Shown: positions 35,899-47,594 of the stretch, in pieces
Layout of the letters: each line of letters opens with the position of its first letter
How positions within the stretch are numbered: the first letter of the stretch is position 1
From: Actinomycetes bacterium
GTDB taxonomy: Bacteria; Actinomycetota; Acidimicrobiia; Acidimicrobiales; Aldehydirespiratoraceae
Length of the DNA stretch: 64,000 nt
Assembly: GCA_024276495.1 (NCBI GenBank)
Contig: JAJRXC010000013.1
Location: forward strand, 6,402-70,401
Direction: 5' to 3'
Notes under the pieces: generated by a model
What the model saw: the letters and a program-made list of their open reading frames with translations, nothing else
The model's database searches: none
What the model was told of the DNA's origin: nothing
Made by a program: the position numbers and the translations under genes

Positions 35899-36222
35899 TC
35901 ACGGGGGGTCCCACACCACCGAGGTCTCCGCCCGGGCTCGGGCTCGGGCCCGGTTTACCTCGACCAGGACCTCCACGACGCTTCCCTGCCGGACGAACTC
36001 CAGCAGCGCCGCGCCATTGGCCTCGGCGATCTCCGCCGCGACCCGTCGCCCTTCGACCGCGCCGGCCAACGCCGCCGCGTCGGCCGCGGTCCGGGCCCTC
36101 GCCGCGTCGTCCGCGGCGACACCGAGCCGGGCGACCAGCGCCACGCCCACCAGGGCAACGGCGACCAGCACCAGCATCACGGGCAGGGCCTGACCTCGAC
36201 TTGTCGCGCATCGTGGTGACAT
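35899..36222 (-). CDS. TadE-like pseudopilin (Rv3654c family)
   Basis: 107-aa ORF. It has an N-terminal hydrophobic helix (ALPVMLVLVAVALVGVALVA), then ARARTAADAAALAGA ... ANGAALLEF ... VEVLVEV, which is the layout of TIGR03816-type TadE-like proteins. Confidence 0.55.
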   Translation of the reverse strand: MSPRCATSRGQALPVMLVLVAVALVGVALVARLGVAADDAARARTAADAAALAGAVEGRRVAAEIAEANGAALLEFVRQGSVVEVLVEVNRARARARAETSVVWDPP

Positions 36223-36269
36223 CCACGCTCACTTTCCTCCGTGCGGTGGGGGGAAGTGGCCGTGCGTGG

Positions 36270-38782
36270 TCAGTCGGCGGACTCGAGCGGCTCGTCGTCG
36301 CTCTCGCCGTCATCCTCGTCGTCGATGGTGACCAACGCGATGGACGCAACCGTATCGTCGTCGTCCGGGCTCATCACCTTCACTCCGCTGGCCGACCGGC
36401 CCTGCTCGGAGATGGTGTCGACCCGGGTGCGGATCAGCACTCCCGAGGCGGTCATGGCGAGGATCTCGTCGTCGTCGTCGACCATCAGGGTGCCGACGAC
36501 CTCACCCTTCTCCTCGGTGACCTTGATGCCGATCACGCCCATGCCGCCGCGCCCCTTGCGGGGATACTCGTCGACCGGCGAACGTTTTCCGTAGCCCTTG
36601 GTGGTGATGTGGAGCAGCGCCGCGCCGTCGCGGGCGATGTCGCAGGCGACGACATCGTCGCCGGGCTTCTTGAACTTGAGGCCGATCACGCCGGCCGCGT
36701 TGCGTCCCATCTCGCGAACCTGGGCCTCGTCGAACCGGATCGTCTGGCCGAGGCGGGACGACAACAAGATGTCGTAGCGGCCGTTGGTGGGGATCACCTC
36801 GACCAGCTCGTCGTCGTCGTTGAGCTTGATCGCGATCAGCCCGGCCCGCAACGACGAGTCGTAGGCGTTGAAGCGGGTCTTCTTCACCCGTCCCTTGGCG
36901 GTCGCGAAGAACAGGTAGCGGTTGGTCTCGTAGTCGCGGGTGTCGATGATCGCCTGGATGCGTTCGTCTTCCTGCAGCGGCAACAAGTTGACGATCGCGG
37001 TGCCGCGGGCCGTGCGCGACGCCACCGGGATCTGATGGGCCTTGAGCCGGTAGACCCGGCCGCGGGTCGAGAAGAACATCAGGTACGAATGCGCGGTCGT
37101 CGAGATGAGGTGGGTGAGGGTGTCCTCGTCTTTGAGCTTCGTGCCCGCGATCCCCCGGCCGCCCCGGCCCTGGGTCCGGAACTCCTCGGCCGGCACCGTC
37201 TTCACGTAGCCGGACGCCGACATCGTGAACACGAGCGGGTCGTCGTCGATCAGGTCCTCGATGTCGAACTCGCCGGGGTCGATCTCGAGCGCGGAGCGCC
37301 GATCCTCACCGAACTTCTCGCGAACCACGCCCAGTTCCTCGACGATGACGGTGCGGAGCTTGGCATCGTCGCCCAGGATCTCCTGGAGATCGGTGATCGT
37401 CTCTCGGAGGTCGCCGGCCTCGGACTCGAGGTCGGCGCGACCGAGTCGGGTGAGCCGACCCAGCTGCATGTCGAGGATGTGGTTGGCCTGCACCTCGCTG
37501 AACTCGAACGGCTCCGCCATCAAGGCGGTGCGGGCCGCGCCGCGATCGTCGCTGGCCCGGATCGTGGCGATGATCTCGTCGATCAGATCGAGGGCCTTGA
37601 TCAGCCCTTCGACGATGTGGAGTCGCTTCTCGGCCTGATCGAGGCGGTACTCCGAACGACGGGTGATGACCTCGATCTGGTGATCGACATAGGCGACCAA
37701 CGCGTCGCGCAGGGTGAGGGTGCGGGGCACACCTCCGACCAGGGCCACCATGTTGACCCCGAAGCTGGTCTGCAGCGGCGTGCTCTTCCACAGGTTGTTG
37801 AGCACGACCTCGGGGTTGGCGTCGCGCTTCAAGGTGATGACGAAACGGGTGTCGTCGCCCGACGATTCATCGTTGACGTTGGCGATGCCCTCGAGCTCGT
37901 TGTTGCGGACCAACTCCACGATCTTGCGGGCGACGGCTCCCGCGGACACCTGATACGGGAACGCGGTGACCACGATCTCCTGCCGGTTGCCTTTCTCGCG
38001 AAGCTCGGTACTGGCCCGCATCTTCACCGAGCCCCGGCCGGTGCGATAGGCCGATTCGATGCCGACCCGGCCGAGGATCTGTCCGCCGGTCGGGAAGTCG
38101 GGACCCTTGACGAACTCCATCAGGTCGTCGGTGGTCGCGTCGGGGTTCGCCAACAGGTGGGTGACCGCGTCGCACACCTCGTTGAGGTTGTGGGGTGGGA
38201 TGTTGGTGGCCATGCCGACCGCGATGCCCTGACTGCCGTTGACCAGCAGGTTCGGGAACCGGGCCGGGAGCACGAACGGTTCGGTGAAGTCGCCCGAGTA
38301 GTTGTCGACGAAATCGACGGTGTTCTCGTCGATGTCGGCCAGCATCTGCATCGCCAGGGGATGGAGCTTGCACTCGGTGTAGCGCGCCGCGGCGGGCGGA
38401 TCCTCCGGCGAGCCGTAGTTGCCGTGGAAGTCGATGAGGGGATGGCGCAACGAGAAGGGCTGGGCCATGCGGGCGAGGGCGTCGTAGATCGCGTTGTCGC
38501 CGTGGGGATGGAAGCGGGCCATGACATCGCCGGTGACCCGGGCGCATTTCACGTGGGCCCGATCGGGGCGGAAGCCCTGATCGAACATCGACCACAGGAT
38601 GCGGCGATGCACGGGCTTCAACCCGTCGCGGGCATCGGGAAGGGCCCGGCTGATGATGACCGACATCGCATAGTCGAGAAAGGAGCTCTCCATCTCCTCC
38701 TGGATCTCGATGACGGTGACGTCGTCGGGTTCGCCGTCGTTCTCGAGATCGTCCAGGTCGCTCGGAGGCGGGGTGTCACTCA

Positions 38783-38783
<1 letters not shown>
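36270..38783 (-). CDS. gyrA: DNA gyrase subunit A
   Basis: 837-aa ORF with [26 protein letters not shown], the catalytic-Tyr region AAARYTE, and a C-terminal beta-pinwheel with an acidic tail. Confidence 0.97.
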
Positions 38784-40837
<2,054 letters not shown>

Positions 40838-40962
40838 CGTCGCACTCCGAGATCGGTGTCACGACGGTGAATCGCGGGAGTCTCCGGGGAAGGGATGGCG
40901 CCCTTGGGACGCTGGGAGAACAGCCCGAACACGGTGCTTCGAGTGTAGCAGTTACACCCCTG

Positions 40963-41283
40963 TCATTTGCGCCTCGCGACCCGCACCTCGAGCGTGCGAA
41001 CCCGGTTGGTTCCCGCCACCTCGGTAAGCCGTTCGAGCACCTCTTTCTCGAGCCAACGGAGCTCGCTCGCCCAGGTCGGATCGCTCGCCTCGACGACCAG
41101 GGTCGCGCCGTCGATCGACACCGGCCGGCTGTGCGCCGCCACGTCGTCGCCGACGATCAGCGCCCATTTCGTGAACACGCTGTCGAGCACGTCGACCGAC
41201 GGGGCCCGCAACGTCCCCAGCAGCTGCTCGAGGGATCGACCCAGTCGAAACGGACCACGATCACCGCTCACGCGCTGACCCAT
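40963..41283 (-). CDS. dciA: DUF721 protein (DciA, Rv0004-like)
   Basis: Track ORF 40963..41358 trimmed to ATG 41283 (alternative GTG 41271). It has W..IVGDDVAAHSRPVSIDGATLVVEASDPTWASELRWLEKEVLERL. It sits between recF and gyrB as in other Actinobacteria. Confidence 0.75.
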   Translation of the reverse strand: MGQRVSGDRGPFRLGRSLEQLLGTLRAPSVDVLDSVFTKWALIVGDDVAAHSRPVSIDGATLVVEASDPTWASELRWLEKEVLERLTEVAGTNRVRTLEVRVARRK

Positions 41284-42409
41284 CGGACACCACCGGATCG
41301 GGACCGTCGATGACACCGGCGGCCCCGGTGCTGATCTCGGTGACAGTTCCTGCGGCAACCTTCAGCACCCGATCAGGGCTCGCGGCCGGCGGCAACCACG
41401 CGGCGGTCGTCAGGAGCCGCTGGCCGTCCGGGAGCGCGTCGAGCAGGGCCTCGGCCCGGCCCGGATCGAGCTCGGAGAAGACGTCGTCGAGCAACAGCAC
41501 GGGCTCGGCGACACCCGACCGGCGAACGACGGTGTCAGCCGCCAGTCGCAGGGCGAGAGCAAGCGAGCGTTGTTCCCCCTGGGAACCGTGGGTCCGAGCC
41601 GGCGCACCCCCGATGCGCAACGCGATCTCGTCACGATGCGGCCCCACCGTGGAAACACCCCGGCGAACGTCGAGATCCCGGTTCTCGATCAACGCCTCGG
41701 CGAGGTCCCCCTCCCAACTCGACTGGTAGCGCGCCTCCACCTCGGCGTGTCGACGGGCAACCGCGTCATAGGCCGCCGACATCTGGGGGACCGCTTCGGC
41801 GAGGAACGCAAGCCGAGCATCACGGACCGCCGTCCCGATCGTCGCGAGCTTCGTGTCCCAGACATCGAGGGTGAACGCAGCGTCACCGTCGAGTCGGCCG
41901 TGCACCGACCGCAACAAGGCGTTGCGTTGCTTCAACACCCGCTCGAGATCGGTGCGCAACGCCTCGTGCTTGGGATGTCGACCGACGAGTGCCTCGTCGA
42001 TCCATCGCCGGCGCAACGCCGGCCCCCCCTTCACCAGCTCGAGGTCGTCGGGGGAGAACACCGTGACCTGGAGAACACCGAGCAGGTCACGGGCCCGGGA
42101 CACCCGCTGTCGGTTCAACTGGATCCGATTGCGGCCCACCCGGGGCAGTTCGACCTCGATGAGTTGCTCACGACCGTCGGACCCCACCACGGTGGCCCTG
42201 ATGACCGCCGCCGCGGCACCGATCCGGATGAGCGCATCGTCGGGCACGCCACGAAACGAACCCATCCTCGCGAGCCAACCGATCGCCTCGAGCAGGTTGG
42301 TCTTCCCTTGCCCGTTCTCACCGACGATCGCGGTCAACCCGTCGGAGAGACGAAGGGAGACCGATTCGTACGAGCGGAAGTCCCGAAGCTCGAGCGTTCG
42401 GATCAACAC
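41261..42409 (-). CDS. recF: DNA replication/repair protein RecF
   Basis: 382-aa ORF with LRDFRSYE and the Walker A GENGQGKTNLLEAI, plus the signature and Walker B (LLLDDVFSELD). Confidence 0.95.
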   Translation of the reverse strand: MLIRTLELRDFRSYESVSLRLSDGLTAIVGENGQGKTNLLEAIGWLARMGSFRGVPDDALIRIGAAAAVIRATVVGSDGREQLIEVELPRVGRNRIQLNRQRVSRARDLLGVLQVTVFSPDDLELVKGGPALRRRWIDEALVGRHPKHEALRTDLERVLKQRNALLRSVHGRLDGDAAFTLDVWDTKLATIGTAVRDARLAFLAEAVPQMSAAYDAVARRHAEVEARYQSSWEGDLAEALIENRDLDVRRGVSTVGPHRDEIALRIGGAPARTHGSQGEQRSLALALRLAADTVVRRSGVAEPVLLLDDVFSELDPGRAEALLDALPDGQRLLTTAAWLPPAASPDRVLKVAAGTVTEISTGAAGVIDGPDPVVSDGSARER

Positions 42410-42457
42410 GGGATCACCCGGCGATCCTCGACGTCGCTATGGACCCGCATCGGGATC

Positions 42458-43564
42458 TCAGCTGACGCGTACGGGCATCAACAGGTAGAGGAAGTCGGGA
42501 TCCTGCGCCGACTTGAGAAGGGCCGGTTTCAACTCGTCGACGGTCTCGAGGGTGATCTCGTCGCCGGGAGCCACTTCGATCCCGTCGATCAGATACTCCG
42601 GGTTGAACGCGACGGTGAGATCGTCGCCCTTGTAGATCGCGTCGTCGACGGCTTCATGGGCCTGGCCGACATCCTGGGTGACCGCGACGAGCTCCAGCCC
42701 GTCGGCCGACATGGCCAACCGGATCGGCGTCGACTCCTGGGCCAGAAGGCGGACACGACGAACCGCGTCGAGCAGGGTGAGTCGGTCGACGGTCAGCTGG
42801 TTCGGGTGATTCGTGGGGATCAATCCCCGATAGTTGGGGAAATCACCCTCGATCAGTCGAGTCGTGATCGACACCGCACCGACTTGGAAGCCGGCATCGC
42901 GCTCGCCCAGCCGGAGCGTGATCTGCTCATCGTCGTCGCCGATCACGCGGGCGAGCTCTTTGAGGGCTCGACTCGGGACGAGGACCTTCTGCCCCTCGCC
43001 GAGCACGGTGGTCCCGGCCAGATCCCGTACGGAGAGCCGGTAGGAGTCGGTCGACACGAGCCGGAGCCCGTCTTCTTCCGCGGCCATCAACACGCCGGTG
43101 AGGATGGGGCGGGCGTCGTCGGATGACGCAGCCTTCTCGACCTGTTCGATCGCGGCCTTGAAGGCCTCCGCGTCGAGGGTCACCGCGTCCCCGTCGGGAC
43201 TCGACAACTCGGGGAACTCATCGGCGGGAATCACCCGGATCGCGAACTCCGAGGGTGCCGCGACGATGCGGGCGTCCTCGTCTTCGACGGTGATCTCCAC
43301 CCCACCGGCCCGCAACGACCGGACCACATCGGAGGCGAGCTTCGACGGCAGGACGGCGACCCCGTCCTCGACGCCGGCGACATCGATCGTGACGGAGATC
43401 GTCAGGTCGAGATCGCTGCCGGTGACGGTCAGCTGGTCACCGTTCAACACGAGGCGCACGCCGGCGAGAACAGGAAGCGCGCCGCCCCGGGTGGTGACGG
43501 CTCGGCCGGCATCGGCGAGGGCTTTAGCGAGGACATCGCGTTCGCAGCGGAACTTCAGGCCCAT
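42458..43564 (-). CDS. dnaN: DNA polymerase III beta sliding clamp
   Basis: 368-aa ORF. Its position after dnaA and its MKF-type start and three-domain length are typical. Confidence 0.93.
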   Translation of the reverse strand: MGLKFRCERDVLAKALADAGRAVTTRGGALPVLAGVRLVLNGDQLTVTGSDLDLTISVTIDVAGVEDGVAVLPSKLASDVVRSLRAGGVEITVEDEDARIVAAPSEFAIRVIPADEFPELSSPDGDAVTLDAEAFKAAIEQVEKAASSDDARPILTGVLMAAEEDGLRLVSTDSYRLSVRDLAGTTVLGEGQKVLVPSRALKELARVIGDDDEQITLRLGERDAGFQVGAVSITTRLIEGDFPNYRGLIPTNHPNQLTVDRLTLLDAVRRVRLLAQESTPIRLAMSADGLELVAVTQDVGQAHEAVDDAIYKGDDLTVAFNPEYLIDGIEVAPGDEITLETVDELKPALLKSAQDPDFLYLLMPVRVS

Positions 43565-43850
43565 GATGGTGTTACTTCTCCCTGTCGTATGGACTCATCT
43601 TCAATAGAAGTCCATAGGGCTTGTGGATTGTGGAAGGAACCGAGTTTGCCGTGGAATGACACGGATCGCGCGTCCCCACGTCGTCCCCGCGCGCGCACAG
43701 TGTGGGACAGATGCGGTGCGCCGGTGGTGGATATCTCCCCGATTGTGCACGGTTCGTCCACTTCCGACGCACCCTCGGTCCCCAGTCTTCTCCCCACGCG
43801 GGCGCGTCGGGTGGAGTGGTCATGGGTGCGCGGACGCCGGCCGGGGAGGC
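43565..43850. other. candidate oriC segment (dnaA-dnaN intergenic DnaA-box cluster)
   Basis: 286 bp non-coding. DnaA-box-like 9-mers are TTGTGGATT (43621), TGTGGAAGG (43630), GGTGGATAT (43725) and TTCGTCCAC (43753). A relatively AT-rich stretch at 43571-43640 lies next to the dnaN start. Confidence 0.6.
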
Positions 43851-45221
43851 TCATGACGGGTGGTTGAGTCGATGCTGGAGTTCGGTGACCTTGTCGAAGA
43901 TCTGTTGGCGTTCACCCATGCGAGCCTCGATCTTGCGAACCGCGTGCATGACGGTCGTGTGGTCGCGGTTGCCGAACGCCTTGCCGATGTCGGGGAAGGA
44001 GAGGTCGGTCATGTTGCGAGTCACGTACATGGCGACCTGGCGAGCGTCGACGAGCGGGCGTCGCCGGCTGCCGCCGGTGATCTGTTCGACATCGAACCCG
44101 AACATCTCCGCGGTGAGATCGATGATGCGTGCCGCGGTCACCGGTGGCTTCTCGGCGTTGGCGATGAGGTCGCTGAGGACGAGGGCGGTCAGGTCGAAGT
44201 CGAGCGGTTGTTGGGTGAGGTTGGCGTAGGCGGTGACCTTGATCAGTGCGCCCTCGAGCTCGCGGATGGAGTCCTTGATGTTCTCGGCGATGAACGAGAA
44301 GACGTCGTCGGGGATGTTGATCGTCTTCGACTCGGCCTTCTTGCGCAGGATCGCGAGTCGGGTCTCGAGGTCGGGTCGTTGGATGTCGGGGATGAGACCC
44401 CACTTGAACCGGTTCCGCAGGCGGTCCTCGAGGGTGGGCATGGCATCGGGAGTCCGGTCCGACGACAACACGATCTGTTTGTCGTTTTGGTGCAGCTCGT
44501 TGAAGGTGTGGAAGAACTCCTCTTGGAGACCTTCTTTCCCCTCCATGAACTGGATGTCATCGATCAACAAGACATCGTTGTCTCTGTAGCGTCTCTTGAA
44601 CTCGGGTTGGGTGTTCGTGCGGATCGCCTCGACGAACTCGTTGAGGAACGTCTCGGTCGACACATAGCGGACCCGGTACGAGGGATAGTGATCGGCGACA
44701 TAGTGGGCGATGCCCCGCAGGAGGTGGGTCTTGCCCAATCCGGAGTCGCCGTGGATGAACAGCGGGTTGTAGCTCGCAGCCGGCGTCTCCGCCACCGCGA
44801 GCGCAGCCGCATGGGCGAAGCGGTTCGACGGGCCGATGACGAAGTGTTCGAACGTGAACTTCTCGTCGCGGCCTCGTTCGAGACCGGCGACGATCGCGGG
44901 CGCCGGCAACGGATCGTGTGGTGTCCGCAGATCGGCGGCCGGAACATCGAACGCGACCTCGTCCCAATCGGTGTCGATCTCCACCCGAACGGTGATGTCG
45001 GTGCTCGTCTCCTGGATGGCGTCTTGAACCAGCCCCAGGTAGCGCCCTTCGATGCGCTCCTTTTGCAGGCCGTTCGGCACCACGATCACGAGCTCACCCT
45101 CGTCGAACGCCACCGCCTTGGCACCACTGAACGTGGTTCGCCACACCGCGTCGCTCAACTGGGCGCGGATGCTCTCCGCGCACGTGGTCCACAGACCGCC
45201 GGCGTCACCTAATTCGTCCAC
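43851..45221 (-). CDS. dnaA: chromosomal replication initiator DnaA
   Basis: 456-aa ORF with a GTG start. It has the Walker A GDSGLGKTHLL, AAA+ domain III, and the domain IV DHTTVMHA DNA-binding motif. Confidence 0.97.
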   Translation of the reverse strand: MDELGDAGGLWTTCAESIRAQLSDAVWRTTFSGAKAVAFDEGELVIVVPNGLQKERIEGRYLGLVQDAIQETSTDITVRVEIDTDWDEVAFDVPAADLRTPHDPLPAPAIVAGLERGRDEKFTFEHFVIGPSNRFAHAAALAVAETPAASYNPLFIHGDSGLGKTHLLRGIAHYVADHYPSYRVRYVSTETFLNEFVEAIRTNTQPEFKRRYRDNDVLLIDDIQFMEGKEGLQEEFFHTFNELHQNDKQIVLSSDRTPDAMPTLEDRLRNRFKWGLIPDIQRPDLETRLAILRKKAESKTINIPDDVFSFIAENIKDSIRELEGALIKVTAYANLTQQPLDFDLTALVLSDLIANAEKPPVTAARIIDLTAEMFGFDVEQITGGSRRRPLVDARQVAMYVTRNMTDLSFPDIGKAFGNRDHTTVMHAVRKIEARMGERQQIFDKVTELQHRLNHPS

Positions 45222-45480
45222 GTGTCATCCTGTCTCCACAGCCGTGTCCACAGGTGTGGACGACTCGTCGTTCTCCCTCCGGCCGAATGCGGCGACGGAT
45301 GGCGAAAATGCCAAACACCACAGGTGCACTCCGACCGGCGTGGGCGCGCAACATAGCAATGCTGTGGATAGCTGCAAGCCGGAGCATCGGTGACGCGCGA
45401 AAGACCAGCACAGATGCCGTTTTCCGGAATCGAATTACACGGGTGGAAGATCAGATTACATCGCTGTCGTTCAAAGGGAT
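45222..45480. other. DnaA-box cluster and AT-richer tract upstream of dnaA (promoter/autoregulation or second oriC segment)
   Basis: GTGTCCACA (45244-45252) faces TGTGGAC (45255-45261), with TGTCTCCACA (45231-45240) and TGTGGATAG (45363-45371; 8/9 to the reverse of TTATCCACA). An AT-richer segment lies at 45418-45478. Confidence 0.55.
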
Positions 45481-45641
45481 CGGCCCGGGACCCCGCCCGA
45501 GCGGCGCGGCGACCTTCGATGGCGTGGTTGCTGAGCAAGTCTCACGCCCATACCGTGACGGGTTGACGTCATCGGTTCCCACCATCGGAACCGTTCTTTC
45601 CCGCGGTGCCGATCCTCGCCCGCGGCGTTCGGAGGACCACA

Positions 45642-45776
45642 ATGAAGCGGCCGTATCAGCCCAACGTGCGCAAACGGGCAAAGAAGCATGGATTTCGTTC
45701 GCGCATGAGCACTCGTGGAGGACGAGCCGTTCTCCGGTCTCGCCGCCAGAAGGGGCGCGCTCGGCTGTCGGCGTGA
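45642..45776 (+). CDS. rpmH: 50S ribosomal protein L34
   Basis: Not in the track (44 aa). ATG at 45642, 5 nt after a GGAGGA RBS. It translates to [44 protein letters not shown]. Confidence 0.95.
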   Translation: MKRPYQPNVRKRAKKHGFRSRMSTRGGRAVLRSRRQKGRARLSA

Positions 45777-46132
45777 TCGGTCGTCTCTCGGGCCCGGCGG
45801 CCTTCGCTCGTCTTCGTACCGAGGGCGTCCGGTCCGGCCGGGGCCCGATCCGACTGGTCTCTCGGCCTGACCCCACCCAACCACCGCGCATCGCGTTCGC
45901 GATCCCACGTAAAGTGGGAAACGCGGTGCAGCGGAACCGGGTTCGGCGCCGCATTCGAGCGGTACTGTCCGAGCTCGAACGGGAGGATCCCGGGTTTCCG
46001 AAGCCCGGTGATCATCTCATCCGGGTCACCGCACCGATCGACAACTGGTCCCATGCCACACTGCGCACCACGATGCATTCCCTCCTGAGCACCGAAACCG
46101 AGGCCGACGAGAGTTCGGGCGTCGCCCGATGA
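45773..46132 (+). CDS. rnpA: ribonuclease P protein component
   Basis: GTG 45773 overlaps the rpmH stop (GTGA), in the frame of track ORF 45254..46132. It has [26 protein letters not shown] (RNR motif). Confidence 0.85.
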   Translation: MIGRLSGPAAFARLRTEGVRSGRGPIRLVSRPDPTQPPRIAFAIPRKVGNAVQRNRVRRRIRAVLSELEREDPGFPKPGDHLIRVTAPIDNWSHATLRTTMHSLLSTETEADESSGVAR

Positions 46133-46371
46133 GCCCACTCGCGCGCCTGCTTCGTTCCGCGGTGCGCGGGTATCAGCGAGCGTTCTCGGGCCGGCCCTCG
46201 CCGTGTCGTCATGTCCCGTCCTGTTCCACCTACGCAGTCGAGGCCCTCGAGGGTCACGGCGCGATTCGCGGCGGTTGGCTCGCCACGAAACGTCTCTGCC
46301 GGTGCAATCCGTGGGGAACCCACGGATATGACCCCGTCCCTGCCTCCCAGGAGTCCACATGTTCGACCTGA
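46129..46371 (+). CDS. yidD: membrane protein insertion efficiency factor YidD
   Basis: 80-aa ORF with [30 protein letters not shown]...RLCRCNPW. Confidence 0.9.
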   Translation: MSPLARLLRSAVRGYQRAFSGRPSPCRHVPSCSTYAVEALEGHGAIRGGWLATKRLCRCNPWGTHGYDPVPASQESTCST

Positions 46372-47507
46372 TCGGCTCGATCCTCGCCTTCTTCTACGAC
46401 AACATGGGGAACTCCTACGGCGTGGCCGTGATCCTCCTCACCCTCGCCGTGATGCTCGTCTCGACGCCGTTGACGTTGAAGAGCACCAAGTCGATGTTGC
46501 AGATGCAGCGACTGCAGCCGGAGCTGAAGGCCATTCAGAACCGGTACAAGGACGATCGTCCGAAGATGAACGAAGAGCTGATGGCGTTCTACCAGGAGAA
46601 CGGCATCAACCCCTTGGGCGGCTGTCTCCCGATGCTGATCCAGCTCCCGATCTTTTTGGTGCTGTTTCGTGTCGTTCAGGGCATCACCAAGCGAAGCACC
46701 GACTTCGGCAACCAGTTCGGATGGACGACCGGTCGCTTCGGCACGGGCGGACCCCTCGACGCCACCACCCGCGCCTCATCCGAACAGATGTTCGAGCCAC
46801 AGAACCTGCCGACCGACAGTCAGATGTTCCAGGATCTCGTGCGCGAGAACGAGATGGTGTCGTGGGGCATCGATCTCTCCCGTTCGGCCCAACAGGCGCT
46901 CGGCGACAACATCATCAGCGCGCTCCCCTATCTGCTGCTCATCGTCATCGTCTTGATCTCGAGTCTCTATCAACAGCGCCAGATCCAGGGTCGCAACACC
47001 GGCGCCCAGGTCAACCCACAACAGCAGATGATCATGAAGTTCCTGCCGTTCATGCTGCCGGTGTTCAGTTTCACGATGCCGGCCGCGCTGGTCGTCTACT
47101 TTGTCATCTCCAACCTGTATCGCATCGGTCAACAGGCGTACATCACCCAGTCGCTGTACAAGGGCGAGGACAGTCCCGGTGCCCAACTGGCCAAGCAACG
47201 GGCGAAGGAGAAGACGGGGGCCAAGGGCGGTGGTGGAGGACGAACCACACCGAAGAAGGGCGGACCGACGAGAAAACGGGCCGACGCGCCGACGAAGGGA
47301 ACGTCCGCCAAAGGCAAGACCAAGGGCGGTGCGAAGGCGACGAACAAGAAAACGACGAAGAAGAAGCCGGCGGGGAAGAGCGCGGCGGGCAGAAGCGCCA
47401 AGGGCACCGGAGCCGGACGAACCGGCAGGGCCCCGAGCCGACACAACCGCGGCGGTGGACGCACCACCGACCCCGGTTCACCACAACACAAGAAACGCAA
47501 GCGGTAG
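46359..47507 (+). CDS. yidC: membrane protein insertase YidC
   Basis: 382-aa ORF with the conserved core ...[51 protein letters not shown] and a long Lys/Gly-rich basic C-terminal tail. Confidence 0.93.
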   Translation: MFDLIGSILAFFYDNMGNSYGVAVILLTLAVMLVSTPLTLKSTKSMLQMQRLQPELKAIQNRYKDDRPKMNEELMAFYQENGINPLGGCLPMLIQLPIFLVLFRVVQGITKRSTDFGNQFGWTTGRFGTGGPLDATTRASSEQMFEPQNLPTDSQMFQDLVRENEMVSWGIDLSRSAQQALGDNIISALPYLLLIVIVLISSLYQQRQIQGRNTGAQVNPQQQMIMKFLPFMLPVFSFTMPAALVVYFVISNLYRIGQQAYITQSLYKGEDSPGAQLAKQRAKEKTGAKGGGGGRTTPKKGGPTRKRADAPTKGTSAKGKTKGGAKATNKKTTKKKPAGKSAAGRSAKGTGAGRTGRAPSRHNRGGGRTTDPGSPQHKKRKR

Positions 47508-47594
47508 CCGTCGAGCACGGCCGGCCCGCGTCATCGCGGGTCGGCCCTGCACCTGGGACGGGGCTTGCGTCAAACGACAAGAGGAGAGAACGCG

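Noticed and set aside
45215-45226. A CACGTG core at the dnaA start as a third parS site
   Set aside because: Only the central hexamer matches. The flanks (GTCCACGTGTCA) do not fit GTTTCACGTGAAAC. The sequence is better explained as overlapping DnaA-box-like sequence.
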